A DNA stretch of 39,056 nucleotides from Octopus bimaculoides (Eukaryota), in contig NC_068988.1 of assembly GCF_001194135.2 (NCBI RefSeq), forward strand, positions 76,608,871 to 76,647,926. Reading direction: 5' to 3'. Position numbers and translations under genes: made by a program. The notes below the pieces were generated by a model. That model searched no databases and was not told where the DNA came from. It worked only from the letters and a program-made list of their open reading frames with translations. Shown piece after piece: positions 22,932 through 34,996 of the stretch. Positions within the stretch are counted from its first letter, which is position 1, and every line of letters starts with the position of its first letter.

Positions 22932-24276
22932 TTGGCTTCTACTTAACTGCTTCTTCCCCTCTGTCCATGTTTATGCCTCTGATGACTAATGAGGGCGATT
23001 TTTGCATGGAAGCATCTATTGCAAAGTTCACAAGGAATCTGTGGTGAAGGCTTTGATCATTCTAACCTTCATTTTCTTTCTTGTTTCTCTTCTTTTACTA
23101 TTGTTCAGCTTCAAAATGATCTGTCACAGTGGAAATGGAAGGAGTCTTGCAAAGATTTTTTCTTGCAATGGAGAGCGGTGAGATACGTCAATAGTTCTCA
23201 CAGATCTTTCTATCTCCCTTTTTGAAGATAGTGATAATAACAGCATCTTTGAGGTCTTTGAGAACATGGCAGTTCTTCCACATTTGGAGAATGAATGTGA
23301 ACTGGTGTTTGACAGTAGCCTACCATGTTTTAGAAATTCCACTGGGATGTTGTCTGGACCAGGAGACTTCTGCTGCTTCATTAAGTTGAAGGCAATCTTG
23401 TACTCTTTGTAGGATGGTGGCGTGTTCATCCATTGTCAAGTTGGATGCATGGGTATGTTCTTCAAGAAATCTTCTGTCATGTTGGAGTCTTGATTCAGAA
23501 GACTTGAGAAGTGCTCTCTCCAGCATTGACGGCTATCTTTTGGTCAGTCAGGATGGTGTTGAAGTCTACTGATTGAAGAGACCCTGTTGATGAACTCATG
23601 GGCCCAAAAAGTTCCTTCATTCTTGCAAGCATTTGAGGTCACAGGCATCAGCATACCCTTGGAGTTCAATGGCTTTTTGATTCCACCAGTTGTTCTGCAT
23701 CTCTCTCAATTTTGTTTGGCATTGTCTTTTGAGGTTTTGATATCACACCTTCTTGTGCCACGATCTTGGATCTTGCTCATGAGAGAGACGGGCTTGCTGT
23801 TTTGCATTGACCAGCTGGCTGATTTCTTGATCATTGTCATCAAACCAGTTCTGATGTCTCCTTTTGCTGTATCCAAGGGTGTTTTCAGCCACTTCAGTGA
23901 TGGTTTTTCAAAATGTGCTCCATTCCTTATCCATATCGTGGTTGTCAGATGGGATGGATTGAAGGTGTTTGAGAATGGAAGTTACATAAAGGGAGCTGAT
24001 TTCTGGGTTGTTAAGCTTTGATATGTCAAATTTTCTTGTGACTGGTGTTGTTTTTCCAGTCTTTGGTTTGTTGTTAACCATTATTCGAAAACAGGTAATG
24101 ACTAGATGATGGTGTGTCCAGCAATTGTCAGTGCTGTTAGCCATTCACATGATGAGGACGCTTCTTTTGTCTCATTGCCAGATGATGGAGTAGTCCAGGA
24201 GGTGCCAGTGTTTCGACTTGGGGTGCTTCCAGGTGGTCTTGGAGCAATTTAGGAGTCAAAATTGGGTGTTGGTGAT
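22932..24276 (-). mobile_element. RTE-clade LINE (distinct family) from the AP-endonuclease end to the 3' C2H2 finger, with most of RT deleted
   Basis: KTTWKHPKSKHWHLLDY, CWTHHHLV, KSPGPDNIPVEFLK, KIFARLL; joined near 23135 to the terminal CELCNRCFHAKIALISHQRHKH. Confidence 0.85.
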
Positions 24277-24463
24277 CCTCAATGTACCACTAAATGACAA
24301 GCTCCTCCTCCTCGGGGATTTCAATGCAAGAGTGGGGAGAGTCAACAGAATATGGAGGAATGTTATTAACAAAGAAAGTGTTGAAAACTGCAATGAAAAT
24401 GGACCCTTGCTCTTTGGGCTGTGCACTGAACACTCTCTCTTCATCACCAACACCCAACTTCAG
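24277..24463 (+). mobile_element. Inverted 5' segment of the adjacent RTE (AP endonuclease)
   Basis: DKLLLLGDFNARVG (GDFNARVG at 24314-24337)...NENGPLLFGLCTEHSLFITNTQ. Confidence 0.85.
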
Positions 24464-24479
24464 AAGCACACAGTAAGTT

Positions 24480-24635
24480 ACAACTATCTCTATCAACTAT
24501 GCTTCAAAGTATGTAGATCTACAACTGGACTGAATAGTCATCTGGGAGGTCATAAATGGAAAGTCAGAAATGCCATTGACAACAAAAACACACAGGAAGA
24601 TGGCAATCATCTGTTTAGATAGAGCAGTGACTAAA
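24480..24635 (+). mobile_element. Short RTE 3' end with C2H2-like finger
   Basis: CFKVCRSTTGLNSHLGGHK resembles the RTE terminal C..C.S..GL.SH motif; followed by a (TG)n tract. Confidence 0.5.
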
Positions 24636-25065
24636 TGTGTGTTGTGTGTGTGTGTGTGTGTGTGTGCTTGCGTGCGTGCGTGAGTTTAACAATATGTTAC
24701 CAAAAAGGAAAACTATAATTGTCATTAAATATGACTGAGGGTCTAGACACCCTCAGACATATGTATGTGTGTGTGTGTATGTGGTGGGTGGTTAATAATG
24801 ACAATAATAATTATAAGCTTGAAGCTTGTAAGTGATCACCGTCTATTTGCTAATGAAAATAGTGTAATATCAGGGCATATAAGCCCTTGATGGATAAAAG
24901 TGGGTTTTTAGTACACACTTTTTTCTCACTTTTTTCCATGAAGGGCTTTCTTTAGCCCTTTGTGATTGCTGATATGATTTAAGCTTATAATAATTATTAT
25001 TATTTAGAGAATTGTCACTTGTCACCACTTACCCATTTAACATATATATTCTTTTATTCTTTTAT

Positions 25066-25285
25066 TCTCTTACTTGCTTCAGTCATTTGACTGTGGCGAT
25101 GCTGGAGCACCACCCTAAAGGGTTTTAGTCAAAGAAATTGACCTCACGATTTATTCCTTGTAAGCTTAGTACTTATTCTATCTATCTCTTTTACCAAACC
25201 GCTAGGCTATGGTGTTGTAAACACACCATCAGTTGTCAAGCAATGATGGGTGGCAGGGACAAATACAGACTCAAAGATACGTACA
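25066..25285 (-). mobile_element. SINE (family D) with (AAAAGAAT)n tail
   Basis: CAGTCATTTGACTG...GCTGGAGCACC...AGTACTTATTCTATC...GTTGTCAAGC; TTCTTTTATTCTTTTATTC tail at ~25050. Confidence 0.85.
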
Positions 25286-25307
25286 AATAAATACATACAT
25301 ACATACA

Positions 25308-25413
<106 letters not shown>

Positions 25414-25567
25414 TNNNNNNNNNNNNNNNNNNNNNNNNNNNNNNNNNNNNNNNNNNNNNNNNNNNNNNNNNNNNNNNNNNNNNNNNNNNNNNNNNNNNNN
25501 NNNNNNNNNNNNNNNNNNNTGTATGTATATATATATATTTACTTATGAAGTAAAAGCAGCTCCAATG

Positions 25568-26294
25568 TGATAAATATTATTAAATACATATACTAATGTA
25601 TATGCTTTGTGTATATTCTGGTGGCTGCAATGGCATAGTGGAGTATATAAACTCTCATGTCACTGGTGTTAAAACACTTTAATAATGGACAGATGAGATA
25701 ACTCAACCTCAATACCATTTGGGGGTGATGGGCAATCGATGTTTCGCCATTTTTGTGGCTTGTTAGCATCTCTTGGGTTTAAGGCAAATCACCTAGCCAG
25801 TCTACGACTTATATGCTCATTGATTGTAAAATCATGAACTGATATGCCTGGAAATTGCATTTTTGCAGTTTGTCAACATCATGTACCCACCTGAGGTTGA
25901 AGGCAATATGGGAGTTTATATACTCCATGACACCATTGCAGCCACTGGGAAATAGACAAAGCATATACATTAGTGTATGTATTTGATAATATTTATTATA
26001 CTAAAGCTTCATATGTAAACTTTCTCTTGGGTATGCAATTTCCAGGCATATCAGTTCATGATTTTACAATCCATGAGTATATAAGTCGTAGACTGGCTAG
26101 GTGATTTGCCTTAAACCCAAGAGATGCTAACAAGCCACAAAAATGGCGAAACATCAATTGTCCATCACCCCCAAATGGTATTGAGGTTGAGTTATCTCAC
26201 CTGTTGATTATTAAAGTGTTTTAACACTGGTCACAGGAGAGTTTATTGCAGCCACTGGAAAATGCACAAACCATATACATTAGTATATGTATTT
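25568..26294. mobile_element. Foldback/MITE-like element with long interleaved inverted repeats
   Basis: Arm B 25666-25860 and B' 26034-26227 are near-identical inverted repeats. Arm A 25568-25658 has inverted copies at 25908-25998 and, partially, ~26236-26294. Confidence 0.75.
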
Positions 26295-26315
26295 CACTTT
26301 ATATATATATATATA

Positions 26316-27815
26316 TCATCATCATCATCATCCTTGTCATTCAGCGTCTGCTTTCCATGCTGGCATGGGTTGGACAGTTTGGCTGAGGGCTGGTGAGCCA
26401 GAAGGCTGTACGAGGCTCCAATCTGATCTGACAATGTTTCTGCAGCTGGATGCCCTTCCTAACATCAACCACTCCGAGAGTGTAGTGGGTGCTTTTACAT
26501 GCCACTGGCCAGTCAGGCAGTACTGGCATCGGCCACGACAACGATAACACTTGCCTCAACAGGTCTTCACAAGCATAGTTTATTGTCCAATGAAGCGTAC
26601 TCTTAAATGGGCTGGTTATACAGCACTGGCATAGGCCACGATTATGGTCTCACTTGGCTTGTCTGAACTTCTCAAGCACAGCACATTTTCAGTTTTTTTG
26701 CCCCTGAACAAAACTATCACAAAACCCACAAAACTATCTTCCCAGTTAGCCTTCCTTTGATATTCCTGCACCTCTTATGTGTCCATAGCTTACACTGGGT
26801 ACATCTTATGAAGTCTCTACCTACATCTTTTCTACAGATTGAGCAGGGCCATCTACCTGAAGGGATTTGTGGTTTGTCTGCCTTCCTACATATTAAGACT
26901 TTGGTTTTTGCAAGGTTGACTCCAAGGCCCTTTGATTCTAATTTTTGCTTCCACACCTGAAATTTCTTCTCTAGTTCTGATAGTGACTCAGCAATTAGAG
27001 CATCCTGTTCTGAATTCCTCTGTTATTGCCTGGAGGACTATGATGAATAAAAGGGGTCTGAGGACTGACCCTTGCTGGACCCCTACCCCTACCCAGAATT
27101 CTTCACTGTACTCATTGCCAACCCTCATCTTACTGACAGTAACCCTGTACATAGCTTGTACAGCTCTCACTAACCATTCATCTATCCCTAGTTTCCTTAT
27201 TGACCACCAGATGAGGGTTCGGGGAACCCTGTCAAAGGCTCTCTTCATGTCAATGCAAGCCAGGTACAGAAGTTTATCTTTGGCTAGGTATTTCTCCTGC
27301 AGCTGTCTAACCAGAAATATAGCATCAGTGGTGCTTTTCCTTGGCACAAATCCAAACTGCATCTCGTCTAGAATGACTCGCTCCCTAATTAGTTGGGCTA
27401 TGACCCTCTCCATGACTTTCATTACCTGATCCAACAACTTGATACCTCTAATTATTTGTATCTAATGCGTCACCTTTACCCTTTGCAGCAGTTTACTATG
27501 GTGCTGCTACACCAATCATTGGGTATGACTCCTTCATATATCACCTAGTTGACTTTGCGGGTGACTAGACTATAGCTAACACCGCCAGATATTTTAAGCA
27601 TCTCTGCAGTTATTCCTGATGGGCTGGGGGCTTTCCCCTGTCTTCATATCCTTAATTGCTTTATCTACCAAGGTACTGTCAATTCAGAAAGCAGTCTCTC
27701 TGTTGGGTCGACATTCAGCAGACTCTCTTTCTCCCATTCATTCTCTTCATTTAGCAACCTTTCAAAGTGGCGTCTCCAATTCTCTCTCCTTGCGGCTTCA
27801 TTAAATGCAAGTGAG
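26316..27815 (-). mobile_element. RTE LINE, 5'-truncated, with internal deletion between RT C-terminus and 3' UTR
   Basis: QFGFVPRKSTTDAIFLVRQLQEKY...FDRVPR...GVQQGSVLRPLLF; WKQKLESKGL.VNLAKTK; (CAT)n tail at ~26316-26332. Confidence 0.95.
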
Positions 27816-27831
27816 CCATATATATATATAT

Positions 27832-27932
27832 CATCATCATTTAACGTCCGCTTTCCATGCTAGCATGGGTTGGACGATTTGACTGAGGACTGGTGAACCA
27901 GAAGGCTGTACCAGGCTCCAATCTGATCTGGA
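27832..27932 (-). mobile_element. Short RTE 3' terminus
   Basis: TCATCATCATTTAACGTCCGCTTTCCATGCTAGCATGGGTTGG... Confidence 0.85.
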
Positions 27933-28547
27933 AAAGATTCTACAATGGAAGATTTAACAAGCAATGTTAAATCTCTGAACGAGGTATTAACAGTAACTGC
28001 ATGACAAAGTGAAGTATATTTGCCAAAAAAGCAACAGTAACATCCACCCTTAGGGGTCAGCCACATTTAAGTGGCAAATATATTTCACNNNNNNNNNNNN
28101 NNNNNNNNNNNNNNNNNNNNNNNNNNNNNNNNNNNNNNNNNNNNNNNNNNNNNNNNNNNNNNNNNNNNNNNNNNNNNNNNNNNNNNNNNNNNNNNNNNNN
28201 NNNNNNNNNNNNNNNNNNNNNNNNNNNNNNNNNNNNNNNNNNNNNNNNNNNNNNNNNNNNNNNNNNNNNNNNNNNNNNNNNNNNNNNNNNNNNNNNNNNN
28301 NNNNNNNNNNNNNNNNNNNNNNNNNNNNNNNNNNNNNNNNNNNNNNNNNNNNNNNNNNNNNNNNNNNNNNNNNNNNNNNNNNNNNNNNNNNNNNNNNNNN
28401 NNNNNNNNNNNNNNNNNNNNNNNNNNNNNNNACATTTCCTTTTTTATTATATTTCATTTTATTCTATTTTATTCTATTTCTTCTCACCTTTCTCCCTATC
28501 TTACTAATAGGGTTACCCTGTTACTCCAACTTGAGATATGCCAGCAC

Positions 28548-28586
<39 letters not shown>

Positions 28587-28615
28587 ACACACACACACAC
28601 ACAGACACACACACA

Positions 28616-31480
28616 CTAGCAATGCATCTCGGTGTTGCCTAGGTGTTATGACGTACAGCCACATTGTATTATTTGTTTCTTATGTGTAGAATCAGCACAC
28701 AAGGAGTGTTTTCCAGTCATTTTGTGATGAGCAATGCTGAAATTGCTGACACCAAAAACATGTAGAATAGCAGCTTAGATTAGAATGAAATCCTAACATT
28801 ACCCACAAAATTACCTTGACTTATGGATATAAACAATTGGATGACAAATGAGGACGTAGAGGTATGCTTATTGCAGAAAGTAAGGTACATGGAAAGAAAG
28901 CTGCTTCATTAGGAAAAGCACCACCTCTTTAATGTTTGGGCAGAGTGCACACTTCATATGTTAAGTGAAGCTGACAATGCTCCTGGGTAAACTATGTTTT
29001 GCGTAAGTCCAGTGCTGGTAGAATAAATATACAATTCATTTACACTGCTAACTTGAGAGCATGCGACATTAGTTGTCCATGAGAAAAGTAGGGTATTTGT
29101 AAATTGAAACCCACAATTTTTTAAAAGTTTGACCATGGGCTTTGTTGACTGTCATAGCAAAGCTCAATCGCACTGAGAACTGGAGATGCTTGAACTGAAA
29201 TGGCACACTTAAGGGCATAAAGAGCATGTGTGGAATGTGTGCAATCTCTCCTCGATGGCAGCCAGCAATAATGGTTGCTCCTTGGACATGACTTGTCATT
29301 GTAGTTACAGTTAATCTTGTACCATTGCATAGTCGTGGTGGGTCCAAATTCCTCAAGAGCATGATAGGTCCACCTTTCTTTAGGAACGACTTATGAGGTG
29401 GCAGTCCTGTGGGTTGTAGAGAGTTGAGAAATTCAACTGAACACTGAAAAGCAGCATGTTTGTCAATAATAGTATCAATGGAGACAAACGTTGAAGCATC
29501 TCCAGGTAGAATGTGGGGGAGTTCATGGTTTACTTTATCAACGCTTTTATTCTGAGGTGCTAAAATAGCTCTCTCTGTGAATCGTGCTATGTTTTAGAAG
29601 TTATCTTGCAATATGGGAAATACCTTTTCTTTAAGCTCGGCCAATGTAGACACCATGTGTCCACATTGCAGTACATGCTGTTGCAGGGTGTTACTCAATG
29701 GTAAGGCATCATTTCCAATTTGTAGAAGTTGATGAAAGAATTCCTCAGCTAAGGAGTTGTAGAGATGAGCTCGCATATTCTTGTTTAATGAAAGCTGATG
29801 AACAAACCTCCACAGAGGTGAAGACTTCAGACATGCATAGATCTCATACTCCATGGTATGACTGGTAATATTTGACTGAAATCCCCTGCAAGGGCATTGT
29901 ATCGACCTAAGTGCTGTCCAATGGGTTTTTTGTTGGCTCTTATGGTTAGTGTGAAGTCATTTCAAATTTGTGTCCGTTCAACTGCAACTTTAAGCTGTCA
30001 AATCAAATTACTGTGGGCCAAAAGCATGGTCTGCAGAGCAGAAACGATGTCCTCATGCAAGGTTGTTATTATCTGGCAACGTCTTCTTAATTGCTGCTGG
30101 TTGTTCCCCATAAAGTAAATTTGCAGAGGTTTGGCTTTGTCATCGCCAGATGGTAGAAACGATCCTACCAAGTGGTACACCTGCCCTTGAACTCTGAATG
30201 TCATCTGAAAACCTTCCTTTGCTATTTGTTTAGTCATGATGTCATTTGTTTTAGTCATGATGTCATCTGGAAAGCGGAATTGTAGCATCGAATGTTGGAG
30301 AGGAAGTGCTTTGATTCTGCAGTACACTCATGTAGCAAGTTGAATAATGGCTGTGGAGGAGATTGTAAAACAGGAATCTGAAGCTTGCCTTCAGAGCAAT
30401 ACATTCCAGGACTTTCACATGTAAACTTCTTTGCCCCACAGAATCTGCACAGATGCAATAGCCCACCTAGTCTTACAGCAGGATCTTCACTGTCATCTAA
30501 ATTAAGATCATATCTAAGAGCCAATTTCTCTTCGCAAAATGTACCAATGGAAATTGGTATGTGCATGGGGGCAGCAGGCATTATATGTTGGAGATTCAAA
30601 TTCGTTGTAGTAACACTGTCTATACTGCGATTTGTCCCAATACATGCTTGCCCATTGGGTGCTTGTAAGAGGCAGTGGGCACAATTTTGGTGAGACTCAG
30701 CTGCTTGGTTTGTTGCAGCTCTGCGTCAGTTCAGTGTAAAGCATGCTGAACGGTGTTCCTGAGACTCAGCAAATTGGGTTGCTGCAGTTGTACGTCTGTT
30801 TCGTAGTAAACATGTGGAACGTACTTCCTGAGACTCAGCTGCTCTGGTTGCTGCAGTTCTATGTCTGTTTTGAAGAAGACGTATGGAATGTGCTTCCTGA
30901 GTCTCTGCTGCTCACATTGCTTCTGTAGTGCACCGATTATGAAGAAGAAGATGCACCTGGTGGTCTACCTCAGTCTCGGATGCCTTTGTTGACATTATTC
31001 TACACCTGGATTTTGAAAGTCATTGCAATCATTCAGTGTGAGACTCTGATGCTTGCATTGCTATAGCTCTTTGACTATCAGAGAGTAGGCGCTGTTCACA
31101 CTGAAGTGAGTTTTCTTGATCATGAATAGAGGCAGTTTTCTTTGTGGCTCTTGTTTGTGGAGATAAATTAGAATGTCTTCGTTTTGGTGATATGGCTGAA
31201 AAGAGTGAACGATTAAGGAACATATAAGATGGAAAACATAACAATTTGAAGTTGTGCATTGTATAATTACATTTTTTAGTAACAAATGAAGAGATGTGGA
31301 AAAATTCATATGTCAATTTGTATGCTGTTATGATGAAAAGCGGTAAACTCTGAATGATTTGGCCGTGTTCTGTGTTGATAAGCATGATGAATTCTGTTTG
31401 CTGATATATAATGGAGTGGATTACTGGTATAATGAAAGTTATTGTTTGTTCAGAAGTGAAGTGGGGAGGGGACAATCTGC
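28616..31480 (-). mobile_element. Degenerate Helitron (RepHel remnant) with Rep domain deleted; 5' boundary approximate
   Basis: 3' end CTAG|T at 28616-28619 with a decayed hairpin at 28628-28643. PIF1 motifs LLRNLDPPRLCNGTRL, LQFSVRLSFAMTVNKAHGQT and LAGDFSQILPV. N-terminal CRFCGAKKF..E...C..GK, NIRCYNSAFQMTS and QGQVYHLVGSFLP. Confidence 0.92.
30691..30925 (-). repeat. 69-bp (23-codon) tandem repeat in the Helitron N-terminus, ~3.4 units
   Basis: TGAGACTCAG-like anchors at 30691, 30760, 30829 and 30898. Confidence 0.9.
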
Positions 31481-32204
31481 ATGAAAGTGAATTATATTCT
31501 TAAGAAGGATCGCAAACTATGTACTGTTTTATGGATAAAAAAGGGGTTAATATAATTGATTTTAGGGGGTATGCAAACGTCATGTTGGACATGCTAAAAA
31601 CAACAGATAAAGGACAGGATTTCTGAGATAACTTTCTTGTAAGTTTAAATAGAAGATCAGGTTTTAAATGCGCTCATCACAAACAGGAATGACAGAATAG
31701 GAAAAGGTAATTTCCATAGGATTTGAGCTGTAATTTAGTGCACAGCAAAATATGATATAATTCATACAGAACTTTAACTCTGTTAAGGAAGTTATTTTTG
31801 CATACCTTTCTTAATTCCAAAAGAAGAAAATGTAATGAAATTGTAATATGTTAACAACAGAAGGTCTCCATACATTATAATAAGAAATTGAAAGAGAAAG
31901 ATAATGCCTAATTCTATGCATGCATGAAACATGAGATGAAAGTGAAAATGACCTTGAAATTGTATGACATGACCTAATTTCTGGGGTTCTCAGTGTCCCC
32001 TTCTGTCCTGCTTTCTCTCTCTCTTTGTGCCAGCTTTCCTTCACTTTCACCTATAGAAGACACATAAAATATGAAACATCAGTGTCTGTCTCCCACCCGC
32101 TATCTGTCTTTCACTTGGTCAAGAAATAATTAATTTTTTTATGCTTTGAAGAGAGCATAAATTGAAAGAAAAGAGAAAGCATAAAGGGGAGAGAGAGCCT
32201 ACGC

Positions 32205-32320
32205 AGATCAACCCTAGGATTCAACTAGTACTTATTTTAATGATCCCAAAAGGACGGAAGGTAAAGTCAGCCTTGGCAGCATTTGAACCCAGAACATAAT
32301 GACAGACAAAATACTGGTAA
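32205..32320 (-). mobile_element. SINE (family B) fragment
   Basis: CTAGTACTTATTTTAATGATCCC...GGAAGGTAAAGTCAGCC...ATTTGAACCCAGAAC. Confidence 0.75.
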
Positions 32321-32654
32321 GAAAATATTATGTTTTCTTTGCCTTTTATGCAAACTGTGAAATTTAGCCTGAACACCCAGTATATGTTTACAATACTTAC
32401 AGGCATATACATATTTACAATATATATAAATATTTATATGAGTGTGTGTGTGTGATATATATATGTATATATCTCTATACATACATATATAACACATTTG
32501 TGTATATATATATGTGTATGCAAATACTCACACATGTATGTATGTATGTAAGTATGTATGTATGTATGTAAGTATGTATGTATGTATGTATGTATGTATG
32601 TATGTATGTATGCATTTGCACATATAATACAATTCTGATTTTCATTTCTTTCAG

Positions 32655-32703
32655 ATCTCTTAAATACCTTGTCTCCATCAAAACATGTAATCAGTCCAGC
32701 AAG
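32655..32703 (+). CDS. Candidate coding exon (49 bp)
   Basis: Strong acceptor TTCTGATTTTCATTTCTTTCAG and donor AAG|GTAAAT in a unique island between microsatellites; open frame (D)LLNTLSPSKHVISPA. Confidence 0.55.
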
Positions 32704-33199
32704 GTAAATATATACAAATGCATAAGTATATACATACATATATACGTACATACATACATACATACATACATACATACATACATACATACATACACACCTG
32801 TATGTGTGCTTGTGTATGTGTGTGTGTGTTTGTGTGTGTGCCTGTATTTGGTGAATAATATATGTAAATAATATATATATATAATACTTTGAAAGCGAAT
32901 AAAAAATAGCAATGGGAAAAGCTAAATAAAAAGTATGGAGAAAAACACTTTAATCAATAATTTTGGTAAATAATAGCTTTGAGCTAGTCAGACATATTTA
33001 TTGTACAAGATATTGACTAAGGAATAATGTGGAACTTTGTTTGAGAATATCAATAAAGCTTTTAGGAAATTAAACTTGAAAATATTACTTGTTACATGGA
33101 TTATTTCAATAGTTGGAAAATAGAGAGATAAAGATACAGAGTAAGGCAGAGGTGGAGATGTATAGAGGGAGTTGTGTTATTTAGGAGATACAAATATTC

Positions 33200-33640
<441 letters not shown>

Positions 33641-33746
33641 ACAGAGTGAAGAAGAGAGAAGGTTGCTATGAGATAGAGGTATAAACAATCAAGAAACATT
33701 GAGGGAAAGATGGGACGGTCGAGTTAGGTTTATTGATTTTATTCAG

Positions 33747-33812
33747 TGTTGGTTGGTCAATGCTGTTGATATATTTTATTCTGAATATCTTCTTTATATT
33801 CCATCTTGGAAA
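33747..33812 (+). CDS. Candidate coding exon (66 bp) encoding a hydrophobic, transmembrane-like segment
   Basis: Acceptor TTTATTGATTTTATTCAG and donor AAA|GTAAGT; frame (S)VGWSMLLIYFILNIFFIFHLG continues from the 32655 exon. Confidence 0.55.
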
Positions 33813-34364
33813 GTAAGTATCATTTTCTATTCTTTAACCCTATATTCACACAATGTACCACAGTTTTGGCTGAGGAAAAGAATTATTTTTGATGTGTACT
33901 TGCCAGGCAAACAATTTGATCCAAGTAAGTGTCTTGAAACTAAAATGATGGCACTGTGGAAGACACATTGCAAAACACACAGAGACTGTTAGCTTCGCTC
34001 ATTTATTATTTATCATACTGTGTCAACATTTTTGTTGCTCAAACTGCAACCTGATCACTAACATTATACTACTGTGTGTTTTTGAATGCATATCACGTGT
34101 CTTCCACACTGCAATCTTTAAATATTTGTTTTAGTAATTCTAAAACCAAATTTCTGTAAAGCTATATACATACATGCGTACATATGTATCTATGTGTGTA
34201 GCGATAGTGGTGTCAATTAGACCCAGAGGTTTCAGGTAATGCTGAGTAAGTGCTATGTATAGACCACAGTTTAGCTCCAGGTTCGGTGGTTATGCGAATA
34301 AGGGGTCCAACGTAGGTCATATATCAGCATGTGAATATAAGGATTTACTTTTCATATATATATA

Positions 34365-34996
34365 CTAAACTGCCCGTGATCCGTTGGGTCACCAATAGTC
34401 CAAGATACTCGCAAAAACTGCGTATCTTGGTAACCTGTGGTCCGATTTACATGAAACTTGTTTTATTTCGATTGTATACACATGAGCATCCGATTCATGA
34501 CTTCTCCTGCTTTTGTCTCTTTCCATCTGTTTCACCAGATGCTCAGCTCTCTCAGCGTCCAATTCCGGATCTCTCCTCCTTTTGTCTCTTTCCCTCTGTT
34601 CTGCCAGATGCTCACCTCTTGCTTTATCAGTCTCATTGATCCTTCTATTCGCATGCCTGTCCTGTTCTTGGGTAAATATTTCATAAAGTACCCGTTTATA
34701 CTTCGGTGTGAAATCATTTTTACCACAGGTTTTTTCGAGTGCATTCAACGTATCTCACCTCCAAACTCACCACAAGCCACTTTCTAACTGTTCAGTCAGC
34801 TTTTAGGGGGCTAGCTTTGAGAGTTGCATTCCCTCTCAAAGCTAGAGGGTAAAAATGTGTTTATTATGGTAGTTTGACTTTAGAGTCCCTCTTAGCGTGA
34901 GACATTTATGTATAGTAATGCCCTTATATAAATAAATATATTTATAGGGAATAAATGATGGATTTTTCCCTTAGGAGGATTTTTCACGCTATTGAA
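34365..34996 (-). mobile_element. Non-autonomous Helitron-like element (N-terminal repeat ORF fused to 3' end); runs into a gap
   Basis: 3' end TTAG|T (CTAG variant) at 34365, with hairpin CCCGTGATCCGTTGGG. ORF 34389-34748 is E/R-rich (EHLAEQRERDKRRR..E) and contains a 69-bp repeat (34511/34580), like Helitron N-termini. Confidence 0.65.

Noticed and set aside
27950-27974. 10-bp hairpin AGATTTAACA/TGTTAAATCT
   Set aside because: It is short and AT-rich, plausible by chance, and has no supporting context.
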